The position numbers and the translations under genes were made by a program. Source: Takakia lepidozioides (taxonomy: Eukaryota; Plantae; Bryophyta). Taken from it: a stretch of DNA of 64,000 nucleotides. The notes below the pieces were generated by a model. That model did no database searches. It worked only from the letters and a program-made list of their open reading frames with translations, and had not been told where the DNA came from. The DNA is taken from positions 40,796,001 through 40,860,000 of the forward strand of contig CM060733.1 of assembly GCA_030704615.1 (NCBI GenBank), written 5' to 3'. Shown one piece after another: positions 37,181-49,817 of this stretch. Each line of letters starts with the position of its first letter. The stretch's first letter is position 1.

Positions 37181-38007
37181 TCTTCCTCGTGGATGAAAAA
37201 GGTACGGATGACAAGTGTGACGACGACGCCACATATTGGGCGTGTCGGTGCAGCCACGCCCGCTCGCAGCGCACCCTCAGCACTGTGTACGTTGCAGCCT
37301 CGCTCTCGCCCCTTCCCAAACCCTAGCCTTCCACCCCAACCTTCCATCTCATCTCTCCTAGACTCTCATGTGAAACGCAAGCTTGACCCCTGCTTGCGGC
37401 CCAACAATTTCCGTTCTCAAACTGGAACTCCGAACTAGTACCCAGGGCAAGCTACGGTTGGAGCAATCGTGCCTCTTGAGATGCACGCAGTAGCATTAAA
37501 ACACAAGACGAGATGAATCACACCATTTTGACTAATAACAAAGCACAGCATCAACACATATTCAGTACATTTCACGAGTGCTGAGCGATAGTATTATTGT
37601 TCAAAAGTGTGAACTTGATGGGACCCGTGTAAAGAAGCCGTTCACACAATGCCACGACACTTGCGAGATCTCACGAACTGAACCTGGACAACCTAGCAGA
37701 TCTACCAAGAAAGAAAACGGAATGTTCAACACAAGCAAAGAGCAACAACAAGGTTAGTATGGACACCTGAACTGGACATGGAGCAGATCGGGCAGCAGTG
37801 CCATCGAGGGTGCACAGCCGAGTAGTAGACCGGATTGGAAAGGGCTGTAAGGGAGACAAGCAAGGGTGGGCCATGCAGAGCAACAAGCGCAGACGACAGA
37901 CGGCCCGCAAGCCACAGAATCAACACCAGCCACCACGAATCTGAGAGAGCCGTGGGTGGGCCAAAAGCCACGCGGCAGGCACGCAGCCGTAGCTTTCAAG
38001 AAACGCC

Positions 38008-38025
38008 CACGTGCGCACGCGTGTC
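38008..38025 (+). promoter_or_regulatory. G-box plus CE3-like element (ABA-response-complex-like)
   Basis: CACGTG (38008-38013) next to ACGCGTGTC (38017-38025). Confidence 0.4.
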
Positions 38026-38162
38026 ACCTACCGTACAGTTCGCAGTTCTTACCACGACAACAAACTAAATATTTCCCGGTTTTTCTACGGGCAACCTTTT
38101 CTTAATTTTGGTCTTTTTAAGAGAAAAGCGACCTTTAAATCTACTCTCAAAAAAAAAGACAC

Positions 38163-38376
38163 GACAGGGCTGTGGCTCGCTGGTAAGCCACTCGTGTAGT
38201 GGCTTGTGGGTCTGGGGTTCAAACCCCTGTCATCTGTCTCTCTGCCTTCGGGCTGGGGCTCTCCCCCTGTAATGTCTCCATGGCTCAGAAAGGGGGTTCA
38301 TTTTCCCCCTCAACAGTTGCTGGGGCTGGTGTTTCCTTGGAAGCAAAACAAAAAATAAATAAATGAATAAATAAAA
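38163..38376 (+). mobile_element. tRNA-derived SINE
   Basis: A box tggctcgctgg, B box ggttcaaaccc, stem aagccact/agtggctt. Body shares ctccatggc...tttt...ggggc...ggtgtttcc with the SINE at 18612; A-rich tail. Confidence 0.75.
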
Positions 38377-39788
38377 TTCTACTCTGCCAATCCGGGGCTT
38401 GCCATCACTCCCCGAGGCTTTTCCCCCAAAAAAACAGAAAATAAATAGATAAATGAATATTTCAGATACATATAGTGTGTATTTAGTATTCACCCGCACT
38501 CGTATGGTAACTCTACCCGAACCCGAGCTACTCGCCCGTCTCAGTGCCACGCACCGGCCCAAATGTGGCGACGTGTCGATCTGACACTGGTCAAATGCGT
38601 TGAACAAGGGTCGGGTGCCGGCAGCTGATCCCGGAAAGAAGGATGCACGGCTTTCCGTTCACTTCAAGTATCCCTACACGTATACCAGTCCCAATACTGC
38701 CACGTTGCAGTCTACGTTTATCCAGGATAACGTGCGAGATTAGTTGCGCAACGGCAAATTGTGATAGTAACGGACGCCGGCAGCGTACGGGAGAGCCGGA
38801 CAGACTGGATTGGACCGGTCGTGAACGTGAGTGGACGGAGCGGGTGGATGGAGAGCAGGTTCGCGTGCTGCTGCGGGGGTGGGGTGAGCAGTCGAGCCGC
38901 CCGCGCGGGGCTGAGTGAGTCAAGGCTGCTTTCGACCTTCGTCTTCTCGGGTCAATTCGCAACGAGTAAAAGTCTGTGGCCGTTGTATGGTTGGAGAGCT
39001 GTAGTTGAAAATGATCTACAGTTATTCCTCCCGTAAAGCTCGGTAACGAGAGATTTGCGCAGTCGATGAAGGGCTATGAGTTAGAAAGTGAAGGGAGGTT
39101 AGGCTAATAATATGGGGATTGATGGTGGAGAGGGCCTGGCGGGTGGGCCACAAGCTGCTTCGCACTCACTCTCTAGTTTGCTTTCTTTCGCACGCCACGC
39201 TGCCTTCACTCCTCTTGACCTGCACTCTCCCCCGTGATCATCCAGTCTTCTCTCACGTCAAGCCGCTCTCCAAAAGTGTCAACTTCAACTGTCACAAGCC
39301 AAGTCCCAATTGTTAGACACGTCCTAGATTTTATATTCTTTGAGGGGCTGACTCACCCGTGTGGGCTTCTCAGCGTTCTTGTTCTTGAAGGTGCGCTCTA
39401 CAAAGCTCTGAATAAACACCGAGCCCAAGCCAAGGAGCAACTGCTGGCACAATATTGGAACAGATGTGTTCAGGCCTGCCTTGATTATACTCTTTTGTAG
39501 GTCCAATTATAGGTTCAAAATACTCTCAGGACTTCCATTTCTTGGATCGCGGGAAGTGCCTACAGTAGGCAGAAGCAGCAGCAGGAAGATTTTTTTGGTG
39601 AGAGACAGGATCGTTTGCTCCTTGCCAGCCCAATTGGCAAGTTGATTGTGGTGTTAACAGATATCCGGGAGTTCACTCAAATGCACATGCAAAAGAGGGT
39701 TTTATCCTGATACAACAGAGAGTAAAGCTCAGTATCAGTGACACCGCCCAAATTTCAGCACCGACAGGTCACGCGTTGTGGAACTGCT

Positions 39789-42000
39789 ATGGCACCCAGT
39801 GTGTGCAGACTTTGCCAGCCTATAACACCTGCAGTGAGTGCCAAAGAGGTAGTAGTATGTAGACCAAGCACCTCATACCTGGCATCAAGCTCAGTGGCAC
39901 CAGCATCGGTTTCTCACTTGAGGGCACAGGCCGTTAAGCTGGCGAGCCGAGCATCAGTTAGTAGTCGAAGCAACGATGGGTTGGTCTCGAGGTTTTGGAG
40001 TAGGGAGAGCGGCCGCAGCCTTTTGTCAAAGATTAGTTACCTAGAAGCCGCACACATGACCAATTCCACATCGCCCCTGCTTGTGGTAAGACACTCTGCC
40101 AACTGGGAACTTCCTTTAAGCTGACAGCACAGAGATGGAAGCTGAAGTGATGAGTGAGCTCCATCAGTGTTTGGGGATCAAATTCTTTCTAACCCTTGCA
40201 GGAAAGAACTTTTGCTACGGATCGACATGTAATTTTCTCAATTTTCTTTAGCCTGGGGCGAATTGTCGTACAAGGTGTGCTCACATTCCTGCCTGCGGAT
40301 GACGCTGTAGTTGGTTACACCCCATCCCATAGGACTTTGGTGGACCACTGTGGCCGTTATGAAAGTTCGCTCCTTCCCAAGTATCCGGGCTGGAAATTAA
40401 GGAGCATACAGTAAGACGGGCTAGCAGGTATAGAGAGAGACCTTTCTGTTGGGCTACTTGCATCTACAGCAAGAAAATTTTATCTTACGTTTTCAGTATG
40501 TGCTCACCTGAGCATTCCAATTCCCGTGGGCGTCTTTATCCTCCCGGAGATTAGGACATGAAACAAACCTAGTCGGTGGACCGTGTGAGTATGTCTCTTT
40601 AAAGTCCTCTGACTGGCAGGTTCGATGATCTGCAGGAAGCAAGGCTGTTTGGACCGGCAATTTTCGAGGCATCGAAGCTGAGGGTACTCTTCTTAGGAGT
40701 TGATAAGGACAGGGAACATCCAGAGGACCTCCCTCGCACCTACACGCTAACGCATAGCGACGTTACAGCCAAGATCACTCTTGCCGTTTCCAGGGAAATT
40801 AACAAAGCGCAGGTAGATTCGAAGCTCTTCACTTGGGCTTTTACGTATTTTATAACGTTGCCGAAGGAATCTAATTTCCTTCGATTAGATAAGAGATATT
40901 CAGGGACAAGGACACAGTGCAGTTTTACTTCATTACAGGTTCAAGGCTTACGATTGAATGTCCTTCCCAAATTTTCCATCTTTTAGTCAGTACCAATAAG
41001 AGAGTAGCGAAAGAGAGCAAGATGGTCAACTGAAGATCCACTTTGATGTGGGGATGATGCAGTTGCGTGGATGGTACAGCAAATTGCAAAGAGATGAAGT
41101 TTTAGCTGAATGGAGGAGAGTGCAAGGGAAGATGTCACTTCATGTCCACTGCCACATCAGTGGTGGCAATTTTCTGCACAATCTTATAGCCAACCTCCGC
41201 TTCTACATCTTCCGCAAAGAGCTACCTGTGGTATGATTCCAGGCTCCATATACTTTTGAGTCAGATTTTCAGGGTGTATTCATGTGAGTAAACATGATGC
41301 AAGAGCGTCAATCAGAACATACAGCAGCTGATTTGACCACATCGTCAGCACAACAGAAAAGCTGACAATATCTTTGCATCCCACCTTGGCAGGTCCTGGA
41401 AGCTTTCAGACAAGGCGATGAAGCCCTTCTCCAAAAATATCCAGGTTGGCTTTCTACCTGCTTCAAACACTAAGATGTATTGCATGCATAGTCAGTACCT
41501 ACTCGACAGGCAGGTGATAAGCAAATGGCAGATGCATATCTGACATTTGCTTCCCTCTGTTGTTGGCAGAGTTGGACAATGCATTGGTGTGGGTCTACTT
41601 CCACTCCAACGTTAGAGAATACAATCGCGTGGAATGTTGGGGTCCTCTTGTTGAAGCTGCCAAGGTACATGCCAGTTCATCATTTCCTATTGCAACTTCC
41701 CTTGCATAATTCTCGAGTCAATTGCCATCTGAATGTGAACACGAAAGGTTTTTCTAAGCCGTTGTAGCCTTGTGTGGGCTTTCCATGGGATGACAGAGTG
41801 CAACTGAGGAGGCGAAGGAGGCCATTCACCATGCTCTAGAGGAAATTGAGCAGAAGTGGCCAAAGCAATTATGGCCTGGTAAAGTCTGCGAAGGACCATG
41901 CAACTGTTGCTCCCGCCACGGCAGTTTGATACCTGTACCAAAAACTTTTGAGCTGCTGCAACTTCAAGAGGAAAAACGTGGAGAAACTTCCTCATCATAA
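39789..42000 (+). CDS. SGR: STAY-GREEN Mg-dechelatase (SGR/NYE), chloroplastic; 6 exons
   Basis: Exons 39789-40085, 40636-40812, 41063-41230, 41393-41444, 41570-41664, 41797-42000. Motifs ARLFGPAIFEASKL, LPRTYTLTHSD, RDEVLAEW, LHVHCHISGG, FRKELPVVL, WVYFHSN...ECWGPL; C-terminal CEGPCNCC. Confidence 0.96.
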
Positions 42001-45000
42001 TCTCACTTGGGGCCTTGCTATTTGCCCTGCATGGTTTGTGTACATACCTCTATATTGTGATCCCACCATCAGAAGCTTCTTACGCGCCCACCCAATTTGT
42101 CGATATAAAGAAACTGATGCCACCCCTCCATTGCTCATTTTGGAGAAGTCATTCACCCATGGTATTTCCTTTTGAACAGGCCCCCTCACTCCATGGTTGG
42201 TCTGACAACTTTGAACATCTTGAGGCATGCGAATATCAGTGAATCTCCAGTGACCAGCATCAAAACGACTCTACACATTTTGCTAGATGGGACTCTGTAA
42301 ATAATTGACTGTATGATACTTCCCATTCCATTATCCATTGACTTTTTCATAGACTTGTGCAATGGTATTCTGCCAAAGCCCTATACAGCAATGCTACAAA
42401 TGACAATAGCAATAGCATTGAGGTCAACTATCCATTACCAGTGACACATACACATTAGATTCTGGAACATAGCTGTGCATGTGCCTGAGTGTTGAAGACA
42501 AGTTATCGGAAGTGACAGAGTGTAGAAGTGACAGAGTGCAGACATAGCAGCTACTTTCATGTACAAACTGGATTTGCAATAAACGTTTGAACTTACATAG
42601 TTGACATTGCAGATTTTTTGCTGGCACCATCTTGGAATATATCTTGTGCTTCTTTCCTTAACTACTTGACATCATGTGACTTCGCTGCCTCCCCAAGCGT
42701 TGTCATACAGGAGTCCTACACAGCACCATAACACAGAGGAAGGCATCCAATAATTGACGGGTGTTACAGTAGCACAAATAACGACAGAATGTTTTTGTTT
42801 AAGTCAATGTTCTTGCTGCCTACAGTTACGTGAAATAAATGGCAACTTGCACTTGAAAAAAATTCCAGGCAGACATAAGAAGTATTTTGATCTGCACAAG
42901 AACGTTTTGAGTTTGAGTTATGGATCCATCTCTCTCCCTCAAATACCCGTGTCATTTCGACAAACTGCCAGACCATTTATATCACTGAAGTGCAACAAGA
43001 GCGTACTTCCACTCCTGTGCAGCGAGCTCACTGTTACGATGTGCATCTCTCCTCCATCTCTCCAATCTCCAACTCTTCAACCCGTTGAACGTCTACCTTG
43101 CCGCGTTTGCGTCACTGATAACATATGACAGGCGCTAGAGAAAAAAAAGAAAGTGTATTGAGGTCGGATTGTTGGAGCCCTTTTCCACCACAAAGCATAT
43201 AGTTCAAGAATGGGACAGTTGGCGTACCGTGTGAAGGACTCCAGCTCGTAGAACACCTGAACTGCCGTGTAGTATTCCCGGGCAGCCTGTAAGATGAGAT
43301 CTGCAAGCACCTCACGTATTGGCAGACTTCGCGCTAATCGAAGAAAACCTGCTACCAAAACAACAGACCTTTCTAAGCCATAGCATATATGCTCCACAAA
43401 GTTCTTATGAGCCCCTTTCTGACTATGCAAAAGTCTTGGTATAGATCATAGCAGATAGGAAACATGAATCTCATACAATTATGACTCTTTCCGGACGTAG
43501 CCCATGGTACTCATTCAGCGAGTGATTTTAGTCTGGACACGAATTTCCAGAGCTGCGAAATTCCTGTTCACCAACCATAGATCTCCAGTAATCTGCATCC
43601 GAGCTCGTTACAATTGTGAGAAGCAAGCAGAAAACCACACAGCATACCCGAAGAATGTACACTATAATGTTAAAGAAGATAATGGATCTTAAAGTGCTTG
43701 CATGGTAACTCCTCAATAGGTCCATGATTTCGGAGCCGTGAGCAGCACACAAATCGATGCACAGCATGCCCTGAAAAGCACTGGGACGGTTGACGACGTA
43801 AGAAAGACGTAGTGAAGCTGGAAGCGAGTGCGAGATATTCAAGGAAGCAAGATTCTAGCTAGCACTATGCGAAATATTCACTGTAAATGCTGGTGGGTGC
43901 TCTTATAACAAATCACAGCGCTCACCTCTTCTGGAAAGCATCTGTGGACGAGGTAACCATAGTTCCATCATTTCGATCTTCCAAGAACGCTTAAACTTCC
44001 CCGATCCTCCTGCTACACATCGAAAAGATCCTCCGGCAGCCAAAATGAGGCCAAAATTGGTCCACCAGCGTAACACACTATAAAGATAGCAGCTCTGACC
44101 ACAGCCCGAGTACTGCTTCACATTCTTTAAGAAGGACATCATAGTAAAAGTCACACAATCAGACTAGCGAGGTAACCCATTGCCAGAAAACACAGTCGTC
44201 AAGAGATTTCGACATTGCAGACACCATCTTCTCCTCTCTCGTCTCTCTCCTCGTGTTGAGGAGGGGGGCCTACGCTAGATTTCGTTTGGATAAAAGCTAC
44301 CAAAAGAAAGAAGTGCCATTCGTCCGTGGATGCTGCTCGATCAGCTTATCGTTCACTGTATCATCCATTCTTGCACACGCGTGTGAGGTGAGACAGTCCA
44401 TACTATCATCCCAACACTTTTTTTTTTTTTTTTTTTTTTTTTCTTCCCAACACTCCAATATAGAGAAAACCCTGTAAAGCTTTACAAAGGACTGAAATTA
44501 GGTGACTACAACTTCATACCTAGTATAAGTTTCTTCTGCATGGGAAAAGTACTATCTTGCTTCAAGCCTTGCTACGATTGTATGTCAATTATAGTTACAT
44601 CCTCGTCCTCCTTGCCTTTGTCATCGTCTCTCTCATCACCATCTCCTTCATCTACATTTTCTTCGTTTTCCACATGGCCTCGGGTCCCTCATCGCCTCTT
44701 TCATTGTCTCCTCCATCCTCATCTTGGTTGCCTTCCACATTGTTTCACTCATTGTCTTTATCGTGAGTACTTGTGGTGTATTCATCTTCATCATTCCCAT
44801 TGTCCTCAACTCTTGACATAGCTTTTAAAGTGCCTTCAATAAAATGAAATCACGATTTAATTTTATCCTGCAAATTAAGATACTCCTCAAATGCAATGAT
44901 TTTGTATTCCTATCTTGGTACAATAAACAGACCACATGGGTGAATTCTACCAAAACAATCGTCCAATTTTGAGGGCCAAATACCTTAATCATGTCGATAT

Positions 45001-45479
45001 TTTTTTACTATAATAGTTGATGTTGACTCTGCTACATCAATTCTACATGCTCGAGAGTCATGTTCTTCACCAATCTCTTAGCATAATAGCTCTAGCCTTC
45101 TTCATCAGCAGCCTACGCATGCTTCATGATACCACTATACTACAACAACAAAGAAATGTTATTATACATTTTTATTTTTATTTTTAATACATTGCAATTA
45201 CAACTGCAAAAATCAGCAGCAAATTAAGCTAAATAGCACTACTTAATAGTTGTGTCCATGAAGATAACTAGTAATAAGAATCTAAGTAACTAACCTAGCA
45301 TGGCACAACTAACTAATTGGTAGAAGTAGTTGAAGCAATCCTTAGTAGGCATGATAAGTCTACATGGATAGTAAATAATAAGCCGGTCTTCCAAATATTG
45401 CAAGTGCTGGAATCTAATTGAGTATAACAATGAGGAGGACTAAGCAACATTGTGTATATCATATCATGTATACTCAATA

Positions 45480-45830
45480 CTCGCATTTGATGAACCGGTG
45501 AGCATTGCTCTTCCTCTCAATCCAAATTTTTCCATTCAATGCTCACGAAATCATTGATATGAGTTCAAATAGACTGCATACACGTGTAAATTTTTCTACA
45601 AACAAGCCTTCTATGAATATATCTACAATTTGATCAAAAGTAGGCACATAAGAAAGATGAATTTCAACTTCAATTAGCTTTTCCCGAACAATATGAAAAT
45701 TGTATGTCGATATGTTTTGTCTGCTTGGGAAACAATGGATTGTGAGCTAACTTGATGTAGCCTATCTGAGAGAAGAAGTGTCGATAAACCAATGATGCCA
45801 AGCAGACGACGAAGCTAAACAATTTCTTTA
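45480..45830 (-). mobile_element. Copia RNase H remnant
   Basis: AHNPLFPKQTKHIDI...IVREKLI...YVPTFDQIVDIF, with a frameshift. Confidence 0.75.
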
Positions 45831-46743
45831 GTTATTTGCACAAAACTTGCAACAGATGCATAATCTATTGTGCTACATGCCGTGCACTATTGTTTACACA
45901 AACCCCAAGCAACATGGGTCATTGTGTAAGAAAAATATATACCCACTACACAATTTTCGATCATCGAGATCGGCTACATAATTTGCAGTCTAATTGTAGT
46001 CATGAAGGAACTCTCCATGCCTACTACAAATTAACGTCACTAAAACTGATTGAATTCATGAAGTGGACACACAGTGGATCAAGAGCATTGGCGTTGTAAG
46101 GAGCAATACCAAGTTGAATGAGTACACAGTACAATCAGACAACGACAAATATAGATACATATCTTCTGATAAACCTCCAAGATGTCAAAGACGACGACAT
46201 TCCGGTTGTGATACGGCCTCTTGGGGACCCTGTAACAGAGTTATCTACTCAGGTTTCTCTTTATTTGGAGACTGTAGTGGCGGAGGATGAGATCGGGGCC
46301 CTACAATGAGTCAGAGTCGCACACCTGAATGAGAAGAAGACGATGGAAACTACATTTGCGGCTCGTCTTGAAGTACTAGAGCGAGAGATTGGGATGTGGT
46401 TGACACCTCTAGATCATCAATCTGTTGTGACGTTTCCATACGCCTTCACCGACCCTCCATGGGCCTTTTACTGAGGGAAAACGACTTCTTTTCCACCCCA
46501 CAAATCATGTACCAATGTCTCTCTCTGATCATTCCACGATTGAGAAATATGTAAAGAACAACATTTCTTAGGAGTTTAAACTTTAATTTCTTCATCTGCG
46601 GCTGCTGATATCAAATTCATTTAGATTTTTAGCTATATTGTTAAAAAACCGCCACAAATGGGTCTTAAATATAACCTTGATTGCAACTAGGAAAAAAATA
46701 TATGTTAAAATGCATTCAAATGATAGAGGAGCTTGGAGGGAGG

Positions 46744-47878
46744 TTAGCAACCACCACGAAAATAATGATGAGTAAGGACAAACGTATGGAATAGCCAAGG
46801 ATGAATCAATGCTTCCGGTGCAGTGCACTGCTTCGATTTAAGCTTTATTATAAACTGTTGAGCAGATTTTGTACTCGTAGTTATCGTAGACACTCGTTGT
46901 TCCAAAAGTCTTCCAAGTTGATACATATCTCACATGGACGTGTAAAAGTTGCCCTCCAATGTCTCAATGCTCCAGTCTAAGAAATGTTGAAATCATTGTG
47001 GTACTTGAGTCCAGTTCTTCTTTCAACTTATAGTCGCGTTTCTCCATCCGGACTTCCTTGAGGGCTATGCGAGCCCGATGGCTGCCGTTATAGCCAATTT
47101 CGTAACCATTCGTGCCCTTGTATCAATCTGCACGGGATGTTGCGCGGCTGCGACTGTTTCCAGATCAATTAGCATAATTACTCATTTGATACCTACAAAA
47201 TATTAAGGAGCCGGATATCCCTATGAACGAGGTTCGCCTCATGGAGGACATACAAGGCTTCGCACACATTCGTGGTCAATATCTTGGTATCTCGCTCAGA
47301 CCTTAACATGGGCTGGTATCCAAGATGACTAATTTCAATTGTATAGGTTCATGTACGATTTATGGGGACCTCATTCAAATTTTCCCTTATTAAACACGGA
47401 AGGGAGAGACATTTTTCTCCAGCTTTGTAAGGCTCTCTCGGTATCACATCCAATTCAATCATGTGAACATCACAAAAACTATTAAAGTTCTTGATGGACT
47501 TACAGACTCTGTCAGGGTAGAAATATATTAGCAGAGCACGGCGGCCTAACACATCAGGGACTAAGTCTATCATTTTCTTAATTAATTGATAGACATAGTC
47601 GATACTTAGCAAAAACTCGCAGTATCCGGATTCAATTGATAGGTAAAGATGTAGACCGGCTCTTATGATTAGCCATACTTGTAGCCAATGTAAACCCTTT
47701 GGATTTCTGAGCCTGCCGCTGTGTAGCCCAAAATCATGAATGAATTGTATCTCTCCGTAAAACATGGTGGAAAGTGGCTTCACCTTTGCCCTAAGATCAT
47801 CTTCAGCAGCACCATGACTGTAAAGCTCAATGTCTTCACCAATAAGAAAGGTGCATCCAGACGTTGTAAGGAGCTTGT
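46744..47878 (-). pseudogene. Crinkler (CRN)-like REase plus protein kinase pseudogene
   Basis: SGCTFLIGEDI...AAEDDLRAKVKPLSTMFYGEIQFI (REase-like part). VCEALYVLHEANLVHRDIRLLNIL, MLIDLETV, WSIETLEGNFYTSM*DMYQLGRLL, SAQQFIIKLKSKQCTAPEALIHPWL (kinase). Intronless, with stops and frameshifts. Confidence 0.7.
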
Positions 47879-49050
47879 GTCATTTCTTCCATAACAGATG
47901 GAAATATGTGAGGTATTCTTGAGATACTTCAAAATTCTCTTGGCATCTACACAACGTGCACGAGTAGTGTGTGTAGTACAAAACTTAACAGCATTTTAAA
48001 TTGTGTAATATATGTTGGGTCAGCTGCCTAGGCACACAAAAGCAAGACTGGGCAAATCATTTCTTGATATAGAAAATGTGTATCAATATCTTCCATGGTT
48101 GTCAAAGATAGACTAAGTTGAACGTTCGGGTCAATAGGTACAATGACGGGGTTACATCTTGGAAGCCATTTATTTGTAAAATTTTGTGCATTCAATGTAG
48201 AGTTGTTGGTCAATGTATAGACTTAATCGATGGGCTCGATCTCGAGTGATTTGAAGGCCAATGTAGCAATGTGGAGGCCATGATTTTATCTCAAATACTT
48301 CGTCCATCATCCACAAAAAATGTAATAAGAAGTGATCGTTGTAATAGATGCAAAAAGATGTCAAGGTTCCTCAACAAGTTCTTATGACTGAGGACATAGC
48401 CATGGAGCCGGGATATCTTACCCCGACATAAACAACCAAGACCTGAGCGATATGGTGACTCGAATTGCCCCTATACACATGTATGCTCTGCCGAGACAAT
48501 TGAGCTACCAAAAGATCCAAAGACATAACATCAAAGTATGCAATGTAAACATGACGACAAATGGAATATGGTTGTCATGATGCAGACTGATGAATTTGAT
48601 TCACTTATAAAGAATGTAACATGGACACATGTCAATTAATTACCTCCAAGATGACACGTGGTGGGCTATGGGCTGCAAGTGGGTACATAAACTGAGCTTG
48701 ATTTAGATAGATCAATTGACCGGCTTAAGGTTAGAGTTGTTAATGCTTCTGGTTTTACTCAATCAGCAACAACGCATTGACTATGGTGAGAAACAATTTG
48801 CACCAGTTGCTCGGTTTGAGCATTGAGAGAGGGAATGCCATTTAAAAATGCCAAACAAACCACCTAATGCTCCGGATGATCAAGGAAGAAAGGCTTTCAT
48901 TGCAGACGTGCAAAATCAAGAATCGGCTACAATCACGTGTGCAAACATGGCAAGTTTTACATCATATGCAGATAGCGGAACATCTTAATGTATGACCGAT
49001 GATAGCCATTGGTTTAAGAACTTCAAGACCATTGGGCCAACGGCAAAGGC
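47879..49050. mobile_element. Scrambled Copia remnants in both orientations
   Basis: Minus: RILKYLKNT, YIGLQITRDRAHR, PIDPNV (47879-48365). Plus: EFDSLIKNVTW, CKWVHK, FAPVARFE (48560-48820) and YADSGTS*CMTDDSHWF (48960-49040). Confidence 0.75.
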
Positions 49051-49817
49051 TACCTTAGTGTACATAAATGTACTTGGTTGTGACCAGTGTTGGGCGGTTC
49101 TTGCCTTTGTGAAGGAACCTTCGGTTCCGGTTCCACAAATTTTTGAAGAGACGGTTCCGGATCCGGATCCGGTTATTTTTTATTAAGGCGGTTCCGGTCC
49201 GGTTCAGGTTCTGACTTTTTAACATGGGGGCGGTTCCGGTTACCGGTTAGTTGCTGGAAAAAAAACGCCGGTTCCCGGTTAGGTTCCGGTTCTTTTTTAA
49301 AAATATATTAAATTCTTTTAATTTTTTATTCTTCTAGAAAATTAGATGAACTAATCTGATTGGTCATACTGAGAATTTTCAACTAAAACCAGGGAATTTA
49401 TTAGTAAAACAGAAGTAAATAAACTTATATGTTTTTTGTGATTGTCTTTTATGGTATATATAACTAGTTATATACGCATGGTCTCCATTAAAAACGGAAA
49501 ACCAGAGATTTTATAAGTTGTTGTACGGTGTAGCAAAGAACAACTAAAACATACTAACTACATAAGGATCTTAATTCAAAATACAAAACAAATTAAACAT
49601 GTGTAATTCTATGGTTACCTTTTATGGTGCAGCAAAAGCACAACTAAAAAAAACTACATAAATTTGTGTTTTATGGATGATGCTTTGTCAATATAGCATA
49701 CAACAAACTAAGTACATGGGATGTCACTGAAATTTTCAATAAAAATGACAAATAAACAAACTCCAATCAAAGAAGTATAGTGTAATATGTTGAACAATTA
49801 TTTGTCTCTAAGACAAA

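Noticed and set aside
44540-44821. Ser-rich ORF or acidic protein on the opposite strand
   Set aside because: Low-complexity tcatcc-type sequence with stops; probably transposon debris.
46118-46309. PRP4-like motif in DDDIPVVIRPLGDPVT
   Set aside because: Similarity is too short, there is no gene structure, and it lies amid TE debris.
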